The notes under the pieces were generated by a model. The model saw only the letters and a list, made by a program, of their open reading frames with translations, searched no databases and was not told the origin of the DNA. Shown here one piece after another: positions 47,700-57,550 of a DNA stretch of 64,000 nt (positions are counted from its first letter, which is position 1; each line of letters starts with the position of its first letter). A program made the position numbers and the translations under genes. This stretch comes from Candidatus Heimdallarchaeota archaeon (GTDB lineage: Archaea > Asgardarchaeota > Heimdallarchaeia > Heimdallarchaeales > Heimdallarchaeaceae), in the NCBI GenBank assembly GCA_021399345.1, contig JAAFKI010000051.1, positions 16,036-80,035 of the forward strand, given 5' to 3'.

Positions 47700-49067
47700 T
47701 TAGTTTTTTAATTTCCTTCTAACGAAAATGGGAATTACTAAAGCAACCAATAGTATCCAGAAAGTCGAAAAACTTGTTTTGACATAAACAGCTGGATTTT
47801 TGAGAGGATAAGGGTCAATTGTATTGAATGGACCATCTAAAGGATACTCAGCCCTCCTCCTCAGATCATCCCAATAATTTCCTTCGAGTGTTGTTTTATC
47901 ATACCAAGTTGTGTTAAATCCTTCATCAAAAGCTTGACTCTTCCCATTTTTGTTGTTTTTTATGAAATCATTATGATGAATAATGTGTTTGTAAGCATGA
48001 TATTCCTGTGTTTCGAAAATTATAGTTAAATTGAGCAATATTGCATATAGTGTATTCCTTTCGAAAATATTGTAATTATATGTTACAAAATATCCTATAG
48101 CTTTGATTCCATACAGATTCTCACTTATTTCGTTATATGTGATGTTTATGTAAGATGAAGCCTTATATATCTCAAATCCATACAAAGAGTTTTTAGTACA
48201 GGTGTTGTTACTAAAGATGGAATGATAACTGTTAATTCCAATACCTATTTCATTATTTGCACAGTAATTGTTTGAAATCTCACTAAAATCAGCACTAATG
48301 ATCATTCCAAAATCATTGTTACTACAGATATTGTTTGAAATTGTAAGGTTTGAACCAAATAGATGCATACCTCCAGCATTAAAATTGATTTGATTCTCTC
48401 TAATTACGCTCCCTGAAGCTATAAGCTCAATTGCTCGGTGTTGATTGAATTCACAAGTATTTTTCTCTATCAGAACAGCAGAATTATTTCCAATAATTCC
48501 AATAGCTATATGAATACCATAAGTGTTATTTGAAACTACATTTGCTGATATTTTTGCTACGTATTTATCATCAAGTAAAGGTTCCTCCCCTGTCATATTT
48601 TCAGGAGCAGGAACTCTTGGATAATAATCTAGAAGAGATATTCCTGTAGCGTTGTTGTTTTTGACTATATTATTGACAATTTGAGCTGTACCTTGAACAA
48701 TACTAATTATCCAAATACCAATTTTTTCAGCATCAATCTGACAATTCCTAATTATGAAACTTTTTGAAGTTGAATTTATTGAAATCCCTACGCTTGAAGA
48801 TGTATTAATATCCAGATTTTCAATTAAATATGGTTCTTCAGGGGTCCCTAATCCGGAAAATCCATAATCTGTAAAATTATCATCTGAACTAATCAGAATA
48901 GGCCCACTCGAAACTAAAGAATCAAAGTTGAATGTTTCAGTCTGATGGATTTGTGTAGTTTTTATTCCATTTTGATTTGAAGAAACAGAATAAGTAATAA
49001 AAATTGAGCTAAGAAAAATAAGTAAAATTAAAAAAATTGGTTTGATTCTTGTAGTTGCATCCCTCAT
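47700..49067 (-). CDS. Secreted right-handed beta-helix (NosD/CASH) cell-surface protein with C-terminal membrane anchor
   Basis: Signal peptide, GTPEEPYLIE, Asn-rich repeats, GNYWDD, DPYPL, TM + RRK. Confidence 0.88.
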   Translation of the reverse strand: MRDATTRIKPIFLILLIFLSSIFITYSVSSNQNGIKTTQIHQTETFNFDSLVSSGPILISSDDNFTDYGFSGLGTPEEPYLIENLDINTSSSVGISINSTSKSFIIRNCQIDAEKIGIWIISIVQGTAQIVNNIVKNNNATGISLLDYYPRVPAPENMTGEEPLLDDKYVAKISANVVSNNTYGIHIAIGIIGNNSAVLIEKNTCEFNQHRAIELIASGSVIRENQINFNAGGMHLFGSNLTISNNICSNNDFGMIISADFSEISNNYCANNEIGIGINSYHSIFSNNTCTKNSLYGFEIYKASSYINITYNEISENLYGIKAIGYFVTYNYNIFERNTLYAILLNLTIIFETQEYHAYKHIIHHNDFIKNNKNGKSQAFDEGFNTTWYDKTTLEGNYWDDLRRRAEYPLDGPFNTIDPYPLKNPAVYVKTSFSTFWILLVALVIPIFVRRKLKN

Positions 49068-49353
49068 ATCAAATAGCTAATTGTGCTTATGAGTTAATAA
49101 ATATTGTCAGTTAGAAGTGGAATTTAGCTTTCTCGAACAATTTTCTATAGTTTATTTCCTATATATTCTTGCGAGTTTAGATTCGTTTTTCATCATAAGT
49201 CCTAATTCTAAATCTAGCAAAACAGGCAAGAGTGTTAGAAAATACCTTAAAATTATCAATGAATATTTGGGAGATATGAAGTAGGAGAATTGTTGCTACA
49301 GCAAACACACGTTTCAGATATGAATATGAGAGAACAGCTGCAGCAATAAAATT

Positions 49354-50004
49354 TCAACTATCCTTTTTTTGAAGAAGGAACATTGAATCCTCATTTTGAT
49401 TAGTTCGGTATGGATATTTTTTTTCTTTAAGTAACATCAAATCGGGAAATGTTTCAAAATAATTTTTTGCGAAATTACCCTTCCACAGAACATTAGACTT
49501 CCCTCGGTAAGTAATTTCTTGATGAGTCTCTGCAAAATATTCAAACCCCCAAATCCATTGTTTTGAGCAACGATAAATTTCACTTAAAATTTCATTAAGA
49601 TCATTTGGTGAAATATGTATCAACACTCCGCTGGTGAACACTAAATCAAAATACCCATCTTTAAAAGGGGTATCAAATCCCGATCCCTGAAAGATATTGA
49701 TGTTTTTTGTATGCTCCTTGGCTTTTTCTACCGCATATGGTTGGAGTTCGATTCCATAAAGGTTTTTGAAACCCATTGCTTGTAAACATAGCAGTTGATG
49801 GCCAACATTACACCCTACTTCTAAAACCTTAATATCTCTTGAAAAACCACCAATACATTCAGTATTCATAGCAGTTCGAGAAATTCCCCGGGTTTCTTCA
49901 TAGAACTTATCCCATTCTTTAACATTCAAGACTTCATTTCTATCGGTATATTCTTTACCGAAATTGCCACTCCAGAATTCCATTTGTTCTGTTTTCTTTA
50001 CCAT
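49354..50004 (-). CDS. Pseudaminic-acid-biosynthesis-associated SAM methyltransferase
   Basis: FWSGNFGKEYTDRN, LEVGCNVG, FDLVFTSGVLIHI, EYF, YRG. Confidence 0.85.
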   Translation of the reverse strand: MVKKTEQMEFWSGNFGKEYTDRNEVLNVKEWDKFYEETRGISRTAMNTECIGGFSRDIKVLEVGCNVGHQLLCLQAMGFKNLYGIELQPYAVEKAKEHTKNINIFQGSGFDTPFKDGYFDLVFTSGVLIHISPNDLNEILSEIYRCSKQWIWGFEYFAETHQEITYRGKSNVLWKGNFAKNYFETFPDLMLLKEKKYPYRTNQNEDSMFLLQKKDS

Positions 50005-50274
50005 TTCTACATTTACCTCGTTGTATCACAGCGTTTTATATAATGAACATACTCTAATTGGTTAATTTTCTTGTTTGCGCTCATTCAAAGACTTCTTAAG
50101 AAACGTCATTTTCTCCTTTTTTCTACCCTCTGAAACTAAAATGAATGAAATTTCTATTTAAATCTTACTTCAATAAATCAAGGCTTTTTGGAACACTTTT
50201 GTAGAGAGATTATAATAAGATGCAGAAGAAGCTCTCTATACGAACACATTTCCATTTTGAATATTCCAATTTTC

Positions 50275-50844
50275 TCATTCAAGATTAATCTGATTCAATT
50301 CCTGATTTCTTTTGTTTTTGTTTTCCTTCCTTTCTCTTCTCTCTTCTCTTCTTTTCATTCTCTTTTCTATAAATTTAGGATTGAAAGTCCACAGATCATT
50401 CCAGGTAAAATTACTGATTAAACCAGCATAAAATGCAATTGTCATCACCAAGTACTTATTCCAGAGCAATGACCCATGAAGCCCCATCATAATTCCTGTA
50501 TAAATTGCATATCCTACAAAGCCAATTAGGGTGAATTGAAAAAACTGAAAGATAGTACTTGGTTGGAATTCTTTGCCTTGATTTTTAAAAGTCCAAATTT
50601 TGTTCATAACGAAAGTAAAAACAAAAACAATAGCCATGGAAAGCAGAGATGCTATAACACCTTGATTAATGGCAAATATCCATATTGATATGTCAATATC
50701 CTTCAAAAGAGTGATCCCCAATAGCATATCAAAGAGATATAACAGAAGAAAGTTCAATCCCCAGCCAATAGTTCCTATGATTGCGAATTTAATGAACCTT
50801 TTTCCTCTTTCCGTAGAGAAAAATCCTGCTTTCTCTTCTGTCAA
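50275..50844 (-). CDS. GtrA family membrane protein
   Basis: FIKFAIIG, NKIWTF, NF.WNDLWTF. Confidence 0.85.
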   Translation of the reverse strand: MTEEKAGFFSTERGKRFIKFAIIGTIGWGLNFLLLYLFDMLLGITLLKDIDISIWIFAINQGVIASLLSMAIVFVFTFVMNKIWTFKNQGKEFQPSTIFQFFQFTLIGFVGYAIYTGIMMGLHGSLLWNKYLVMTIAFYAGLISNFTWNDLWTFNPKFIEKRMKRREERRERKENKNKRNQELNQINLE

Positions 50845-50961
50845 AATAATGACCTTCTATAAACCACAAAATGAATGAAATAGGCTGCTTTTAAAAATTG
50901 TGAATTATATATGAGGGAGAAGGTAAAAAAAATATAAGAAAAATGAATGAAGAGATAAATG

Positions 50962-52197
50962 TTAGAATATTTTCAATTCTCTTCCTAAATCTTCAAATTT
51001 CATTAAAGCAAAGTCTAAATCTTCTTTTGTCAGACCTGCGTTCATCATTACTCTAATTCTAGCTGTACCTCTTGGAACCATTGGAAAGACTATTGGTAAG
51101 GCAAATATACCTTCTTCCATGAGTCTGTCGCTTAGATTTTTAGCAACTTCATTTTCTCCGCAGATTATAGGCACAATAGCAGTTGGACATTTAGATGAAG
51201 CAACTGTTATGTCATGTCCATAACCTATGTCAACGATTTTGCTCTTGAAGTAAACACAGTTATCTAGGAGTTTTTCTACTACAGGTTCATGAAAAGGTGA
51301 TTTAGGATCTAGAACTTCTAAAGAACCAAGAGCTGCACCAGCAACTGCTGGAGGTTGGGAACCACTAAGAAGATAAGAGCGACCAGTGTTTCGAAGGAAA
51401 TTGACTAAGTTTTTAGAACCAACGATAGCTCCACCAACAACACCCATAGCCTTAGAGTAAGTATTCATTTCAACTTGAACATCACCTTGAAGACCAAAGT
51501 GATCAACGATACCTTTACCTTTTTTATTGCGACCAAGAACACCGTCTCCATGTGCATCATCGACAAATATCATAGCTCCATATTCTTCACCAAGTTTCTG
51601 TATCTCATCCAATGGAGCCATGTCTCCGTCCATCGAAAAGACACCATCAGTTATGACTAATATTCTCTTTTCTCCATTTGGATCTGCTGCATCTGCTTCT
51701 TTTAATCTCTCTTCTAGACTACCCATATCACAGTGATCATAAATTGTTCTAACTGTTTTAGTCAATCGCACTCCATCTATAATTGATCCATGATTTAGTT
51801 GGTCAGAAATAATAAAATCATTTTTTCTAACTAAAGTTGGAATAGCTCCTTCATTTGCTATGAATCCACTCATCCATACCATTGAAGCTTCTTGCTCTTT
51901 GAAATCAGCATGTTTTCGCTCCCATTCCTCGTGAATTGCCATATTTCCAGCTATTGCTCGAACTGAACCAGAACCAGCACCATATTTCTCAACTGCTTCT
52001 ATAGCTCTTTTCCTTAAATGTGGATGATTTGCTAGATTTAAGTAATTATTTGAACATAACATCAATAATTCTTTACCATCTACTTTAACTTGAGTTTCTG
52101 AAGGGGTTTCCAATGATCTATGTACCCATTCACGACCTTCTTTTTGGATTTGTTTGTATTCTTCTTTCAAAAATTGTGTTGGATTTCTTTTTGCCAT
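50962..52197 (-). CDS. PLP-dependent alpha-oxoamine synthase (Kbl/BioF family)
   Basis: SNNYL, LNHGSIIDG, DGVFSMDGD, DDAHG, TYSKA, ARIR. Confidence 0.93.
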   Translation of the reverse strand: MAKRNPTQFLKEEYKQIQKEGREWVHRSLETPSETQVKVDGKELLMLCSNNYLNLANHPHLRKRAIEAVEKYGAGSGSVRAIAGNMAIHEEWERKHADFKEQEASMVWMSGFIANEGAIPTLVRKNDFIISDQLNHGSIIDGVRLTKTVRTIYDHCDMGSLEERLKEADAADPNGEKRILVITDGVFSMDGDMAPLDEIQKLGEEYGAMIFVDDAHGDGVLGRNKKGKGIVDHFGLQGDVQVEMNTYSKAMGVVGGAIVGSKNLVNFLRNTGRSYLLSGSQPPAVAGAALGSLEVLDPKSPFHEPVVEKLLDNCVYFKSKIVDIGYGHDITVASSKCPTAIVPIICGENEVAKNLSDRLMEEGIFALPIVFPMVPRGTARIRVMMNAGLTKEDLDFALMKFEDLGRELKIF

Positions 52198-52369
52198 GTT
52201 GGCACCTCTAATTCTTTAAGGTCTTATCAAACCCTCCCTTTTTATTCTTTATCCTCGATAGCTAAAATTTCTTGGATGAATAATAAATTGCGCTTAAGTT
52301 TGTGTAGTTCAGCAAAGATTTTTATATTTATCTCCATTAGTCAGCTCAAGTCTTGAAGTGTTGAGAAAT

Positions 52370-53899
52370 ATGGTTTCGGTTAAGTATGAAAAAGTGAGTA
52401 TCGCTTATGATGATTTTGTAGCTATAGACAATATAACACTGAATGTTCACGATGGAGAAATAACAACCTTGTTGGGCCCTTCTGGATGTGGTAAATCTAC
52501 ACTTCTAAGAGCTCTCGCTGGTTTTGTTGAACCCTTTGAAGGACAAATTTATCTTGGGGATAAAGAAATAACTTATCTCCCACCCCAAAAGCGCAATACT
52601 GCCATGATTTTCCAAAATTACGCCTTGTGGCCTCATTTGACAATTTTTAAAAATGTTGAATATGGTTTAAAGCTTCGATTAAAAAGTCAAATTGTTTATA
52701 TTGCAGATGTCAATCCTGAAGGAGTCATAGAAGGAGTTTCTTTCAATAATTATGGGGCATCTGAAGAATTAACTCAAGCTGCAGAAAACTTGAAGGAGTT
52801 TATTATTGGTAAAAAACCACAAGAAGTTTGGCACTTCACTGTTGAAGATATTCTTCAAGTTTTCAAAATTCCAGAAGATATATCTGCATTTAAATTGAAA
52901 TATAGTTTAAATTCAATCCACCGACTAGCGAAATTCTTAATAGGGGCTTTACAAGCAACAATTAGATTTCATTATGAAAATATCGTTAAAGAGCTTCCAG
53001 AGTGGATTCCAAAAAGAAAGACTAGATATGAAAAAACTAATATTAGAAAAAATCCTTTACTTAATTTCTTCTGGATAATAAAACCTTATTTCTGGATTAA
53101 CAGAAGAGCAAACTATCTAGATGCAAAAGCTTCTTTGGATCCTGCATTCAACTTCAGAAAGAAAAAAGTAGAAGAAGTGTTAGAATTAGTTCAACTTTCA
53201 GATCAAGCTGAAAAACATCCAACAGAGCTTTCTGGAGGACAACAACAGCGTATCGCTCTTGCTAGAAGTATCGTCGTAGAACCTGATATTCTCTTATGTG
53301 ATGAACCTTTGAGTAATCTTGATGCTAAACTTAGAAAGGAATTAAGAACTGAAATTCGTTCAATCATCAAAAAAATCGGTATGACTGCAGTGTATGTGAC
53401 TCATGATCAGGCAGAAGCTCTTGCAATTAGTGATAGGATTGCAGTTATGAATATTGGTTTTATTGAACAATATGGAACTCCTCTAGACGTTTTCACAGAT
53501 CCTAAAACATTATTTGTTGCTCAATTTGTTGGAAGTTCAAGTACAGTATCAGGAAAAGTGATAAAAGCTAATGTTGTTGAGCTTAAGGGTGGTGATCGGA
53601 TTCCAATCGCTACTAAAGAAGTTCTACCAGTTGATACAAAAGTTGACCTTGTTATTAGACCTGAGAATATTCTGTTAAATAAGGAATCTGAAAGCACTGT
53701 TGAAATCGAAATCAACACAATCGAATATCTTGGAACTGAAGTAAAATTAACAGGATTGTTAGAAGATGGTACAATTCTTCTAGTAGATGTTGTTGAACGT
53801 ACTGAAGAATACGCTAAGTTGAAAGTAGGAGATAAAATTCTCGCCCATATAATTCCTGAAGAAATATTTGTTTTTGTAAAAGATAAGAGAGTATACTAA
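52370..53899 (+). CDS. PotA/MalK-type ABC ATPase with ~160-aa internal insertion containing an IscU-like segment
   Basis: GPSGCGKS, FQNYALWPH, [insert], LSGGQQQR, DEPLSNLD, VTHDQ, TOBE tail. Confidence 0.88.
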   Translation: MVSVKYEKVSIAYDDFVAIDNITLNVHDGEITTLLGPSGCGKSTLLRALAGFVEPFEGQIYLGDKEITYLPPQKRNTAMIFQNYALWPHLTIFKNVEYGLKLRLKSQIVYIADVNPEGVIEGVSFNNYGASEELTQAAENLKEFIIGKKPQEVWHFTVEDILQVFKIPEDISAFKLKYSLNSIHRLAKFLIGALQATIRFHYENIVKELPEWIPKRKTRYEKTNIRKNPLLNFFWIIKPYFWINRRANYLDAKASLDPAFNFRKKKVEEVLELVQLSDQAEKHPTELSGGQQQRIALARSIVVEPDILLCDEPLSNLDAKLRKELRTEIRSIIKKIGMTAVYVTHDQAEALAISDRIAVMNIGFIEQYGTPLDVFTDPKTLFVAQFVGSSSTVSGKVIKANVVELKGGDRIPIATKEVLPVDTKVDLVIRPENILLNKESESTVEIEINTIEYLGTEVKLTGLLEDGTILLVDVVERTEEYAKLKVGDKILAHIIPEEIFVFVKDKRVY

Positions 53900-53974
53900 T
53901 ATTTTCTTCTTTTCTTCTTTTCTTCTTCTGATAGAATCTTTATATATGTCTATTTTTCCTTTTAATCGATTACT

Positions 53975-54655
53975 ATGTTTGAGTATGAAGGAATCAAAAT
54001 TCATTGGTTAGGGCATGATGCTTTTTTGATTGAAGCAAAGGGGAAAAATATCTATATTGATCCATATAAGTTAGGTAAAACTGATTTACCTAAAGCTGAT
54101 ATAGTGATTAGTAGTCATGAGCACTTTGATCATTGCAATCCTGAAGCAATAAACCAAGTCACAACAAGTGAAACAATCCTACTTGGGCCATCAATTGTTC
54201 AAGAGATATTTGATGAGAAAATTACTCAGAAGAAAGTAATGAAAGAGCTAAACCCAGGTGATTCTCTAGAAATTGAAGGAATCAAGATCTCTGCAATTGC
54301 TGCTTATAATATTCATAGGTTTAGAGATCCAGAAACAAAAACTCCTTTCCATCCCAAAGAATCTGGGCATATAGGTTCAATTTTGGATATTGATGGCATC
54401 ACTGTTTATCATGCAGGAGATGCAGATAAAATTCCTGAGATGGATGGTTTAAAACCAACCATTGCTTTAATACCTATTTCAGGAACATATGTGATGGATG
54501 TTGATGAAGCTGTTGAAGCAGCTAAGGCAATAGATGCTGAATTTACCATTCCTATGCACGTAGGACGCGGAATAGGGGAACTTTCATTCATTGAAGAATT
54601 CAAGAGTAAATTACCTAACTATAAAGTAATAACAATGGAAATAGAAGAAGATTAG
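53975..54655 (+). CDS. Metallo-beta-lactamase fold hydrolase (UlaG-like)
   Basis: WLGH, IDPY, SHEHFDH, YHAGD, IPMH. Confidence 0.9.
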   Translation: MFEYEGIKIHWLGHDAFLIEAKGKNIYIDPYKLGKTDLPKADIVISSHEHFDHCNPEAINQVTTSETILLGPSIVQEIFDEKITQKKVMKELNPGDSLEIEGIKISAIAAYNIHRFRDPETKTPFHPKESGHIGSILDIDGITVYHAGDADKIPEMDGLKPTIALIPISGTYVMDVDEAVEAAKAIDAEFTIPMHVGRGIGELSFIEEFKSKLPNYKVITMEIEED

Positions 54656-54663
54656 AAATATTT

Positions 54664-55803
54664 CTACTCCTTTTTCTCTTCTTTTTTCTCATATTCCCAA
54701 GGTAAAACGAGGTCTATTGTGTTATCAATTAAGAAAACTGCTATTTCCTGATTTGGATAACATCTGATGTCATCCCAGATTCCTAGAATTGTTCCATAAT
54801 CTGGTGCTACAATGGTTTCCTTGATTTTACCAAAAATATCCCTAACTTCAAAAATTGGTATCCCTTTTTCAACGATTTCTCCAGCTTTCACAAGAGGAAT
54901 AAAGAAACCAGAATGTGAAGTTCTAATCAAAATCTCTCGCCACATTTTTTCATCTAACACTGGAAAATCAGTTATTTTTACTAAATCTCCTTCAATCATT
55001 CCAGTATATTTTAATACATTCCAAACACCAATTTTGGCATTGGCTACAATATCTGTATCTACATAACCAGAAGCTCCCAATTCAACGGTAAATCCTGGTT
55101 TCCGATATTTATTTACAAAGCTACCAGTAGTAGATCTTTGCAAATTTTCCTTAAAATAATATTTAGGTGGCCCCTCCAACACTAAAGTAAAACCAAATGC
55201 TTCCACCAGTTTTTTAGTCTTATCAAATAGTTCTTGTGATTCTTCTTTCTGGTTTTCATTTTTTTCATCATAGTATACTCTATCTAGGTATGAGTATGGT
55301 AAAGAACGAATAGCATGACAATGGAGATCAATGAAATAATCGACTTGATCAAATATCTTTGCAAATTTGGTGTAAAACTTCTCCTGGATATTTGGATGTT
55401 TTTCTGGATCAAGATTTTCATCATATAGGTCTACATACTTTAACTGAGGTTTCTTCTTGGGTTTAGGGTCTGGCCATAGTCTATTGGGATCTGTACTCAC
55501 ATAAAGTGGTGTCCGAGTCATTACCAATAATCCAGCAGGATTCAACGATGGTATTATAATTAATGTTCCTTTTACTTGTGTAGGGTCTACTTCTTGAATT
55601 ATTTCCTGAAGAGTTACCAAACCATGGAGTTCATTTCCATGAATGTTACCGGTTAAAAGGAAAGTAGGGCCTTCCTCTAAGCCTTCAATCAAGCAAATTG
55701 GTAATCTCTCTTTTGTCCCATGTGGATACTCCAACATGTCAATATAGCCAAAAACCTTCTCTCCCTTTTTGCTGTGAATATTAAAAACTTCCATTACGTT
55801 CAT
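54664..55803 (-). CDS. Succinylglutamate desuccinylase/aspartoacylase (M14) family
   Basis: HGNE, DPNR, IDLH, TVELG, C-terminal biotinyl-like domain. Confidence 0.88.
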   Translation of the reverse strand: MNVMEVFNIHSKKGEKVFGYIDMLEYPHGTKERLPICLIEGLEEGPTFLLTGNIHGNELHGLVTLQEIIQEVDPTQVKGTLIIIPSLNPAGLLVMTRTPLYVSTDPNRLWPDPKPKKKPQLKYVDLYDENLDPEKHPNIQEKFYTKFAKIFDQVDYFIDLHCHAIRSLPYSYLDRVYYDEKNENQKEESQELFDKTKKLVEAFGFTLVLEGPPKYYFKENLQRSTTGSFVNKYRKPGFTVELGASGYVDTDIVANAKIGVWNVLKYTGMIEGDLVKITDFPVLDEKMWREILIRTSHSGFFIPLVKAGEIVEKGIPIFEVRDIFGKIKETIVAPDYGTILGIWDDIRCYPNQEIAVFLIDNTIDLVLPWEYEKKEEKKE

Positions 55804-55875
55804 CTTTTACAAATCAAATAACTATTTAGATTTTTCTTATGAAAAGTTGAAAGAATTTTACAAATAATCCTGTTT

Positions 55876-57165
55876 TTATTCATATTCTTTCATTATTTGA
55901 AATGTTATTACATCATCAATCCAAGGCAGTTTTGCAATTGATTTTTCAACTAAACTAAAAGCTTTACCTATGCTTCGCATCTTGATATTAATTAGCAAAT
56001 CATATTGTCCTGTAATAAATGATACACTTTCTATTCCTTTTATTCTAGTTAATTCTTCAACTTTTATTGCAAATCCTTGTTTTGCTTTCGCTAAAAGGAT
56101 ACTTTTGGTTTCTGATAATGCTAAAGCAATAACTCCGATTAATATTAGAAATGAACCTGATAGTTTCAGAACAATATCAAGTACAAGATTTTCTCCCCCA
56201 AAACCAAAAATATTAGGTAACCAGATACTAGCTAAACCAATAATGGGAAATGTAGTTACAACACTAACGCTACTCAAAGCTTTGACAATAGACATCTTAC
56301 CCATTGTAAGAGCTCTAGTGTAGAAAACAATTGATAGAAAAGCCAATAACATAGAAAAAATCACTGGAGTCAAAGCAATTTTCCAAGAATTGCTGACCTC
56401 AGAAAAACCTCCCTTTGAAAGTGCAGGAGCTGCTGCTACTACTTGACCAATAGTTATTATTAACATTGTCCAAATTCTTAAGTTGATGGAATCATAAAAT
56501 TTACCTTGCTTATCCTTGGTAGTCAAAGCTTTCTTTTGGAAGTAAATATAGAGTGCTGAAAACAATGAAAATGGTCCCACAATCATAAACACATTTAGTA
56601 GGAAATCAGTAAAGGAACCATCACTACCTATTCCTGAAACAGATGCAATAATTACACCAAAAGCTATCATGGCGATTGACTGAATTTCAACAATAACTGG
56701 CTTTTCTCTATCAGAAATTGCATCTCCAATTAGTAAGTATATTAGCACGAATTGACTAAATGGCATTATCACAGATGATCCATTTTTACTCATTAGATAA
56801 TAATAGAGAATTGTTGCCCCTGTTGCAAATATTCCTGCAAGCAATGTATAAGTAGCTGTTTTTCCTGTTGGTAGTTTTAGTTTCTGGAAATTTCCATCTA
56901 ACTTATATCCCAAGTTAAATTTTCTTCCAAGCCTTGTTCTACCTTTTCCAGGTATATGGAGTGCTAATACAACTAAAAAAGTGACTATGAACCCTACAAC
57001 CATTTCAAAAGCTCCAAAAACAAATGGATTTGTAATCATTTCAAAATTTACATAATCATCTAAGACTACATAGATACTTGTGAGTATTCCACTTGCTAAT
57101 GCCAGTAAATAGAAAGTGCTCTTTTTTCTAAATCTACTTACTGGACGATTTTCTGGAGCTGGCAT
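55876..57165 (-). CDS. EamA/DMT-like transporter fused to a C-terminal Lrp/AsnC ligand-binding (RAM) domain
   Basis: About 10 TM with YTRALTMGKMSIV; tail IKGIESVSFITGQYDLLINI...IDDVIT. Confidence 0.75.
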   Translation of the reverse strand: MPAPENRPVSRFRKKSTFYLLALASGILTSIYVVLDDYVNFEMITNPFVFGAFEMVVGFIVTFLVVLALHIPGKGRTRLGRKFNLGYKLDGNFQKLKLPTGKTATYTLLAGIFATGATILYYYLMSKNGSSVIMPFSQFVLIYLLIGDAISDREKPVIVEIQSIAMIAFGVIIASVSGIGSDGSFTDFLLNVFMIVGPFSLFSALYIYFQKKALTTKDKQGKFYDSINLRIWTMLIITIGQVVAAAPALSKGGFSEVSNSWKIALTPVIFSMLLAFLSIVFYTRALTMGKMSIVKALSSVSVVTTFPIIGLASIWLPNIFGFGGENLVLDIVLKLSGSFLILIGVIALALSETKSILLAKAKQGFAIKVEELTRIKGIESVSFITGQYDLLINIKMRSIGKAFSLVEKSIAKLPWIDDVITFQIMKEYE

Positions 57166-57170
57166 TTATT

Positions 57171-57419
57171 TCACTCTTTTAGAACTTCTTTCTCAATTAC
57201 AGATGTTTGGGTTTCTGAAATTCCTTCAATCATATGTATTTTTTCTGTAGTTACATGGAATAATTCTTCTAAATTTTCGACTATAATTTTTACAACAATG
57301 TCATATTCTCCAGTAACTACTGCAACATTAACGATATTGGGAATTTCTCTTAGAGCATTCACTACTTCTTGTGTTTTTCCTAAGTCCACAATGAAGAAAA
57401 TATACGCTGAGACGGTCAT
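57171..57419 (-). CDS. Stand-alone Lrp/AsnC ligand-binding (RAM) domain protein
   Basis: AYI, VVTGEYDIVVKI, IEGISETQTS; no HTH. Confidence 0.88.
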   Translation of the reverse strand: MTVSAYIFFIVDLGKTQEVVNALREIPNIVNVAVVTGEYDIVVKIIVENLEELFHVTTEKIHMIEGISETQTSVIEKEVLKE

Positions 57420-57550
57420 AAAGTATCATATTTTAAGCTGGAAATAAAATTTTCCACTTGAGTGAAAACTATTTCAAACAATTCTTAACAATAAGCAAAT
57501 TTTTTTTAAGGGGAAGAACAGTATCATTTTAGCATTGATGTGAATAGTAT

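Noticed and set aside
49068-50274. Longer spacers around the methyltransferase as hidden genes or RNAs
   Set aside because: No convincing ORF, repeat or stem found by eye; possibly eroded remnants.
52682-53160. Intein as the explanation for the ABC ATPase insertion (also considered for polB and lonB)
   Set aside because: No terminal His-Asn followed by Cys/Ser/Thr and no LAGLIDADG motifs; polB and lonB show no large interruption.
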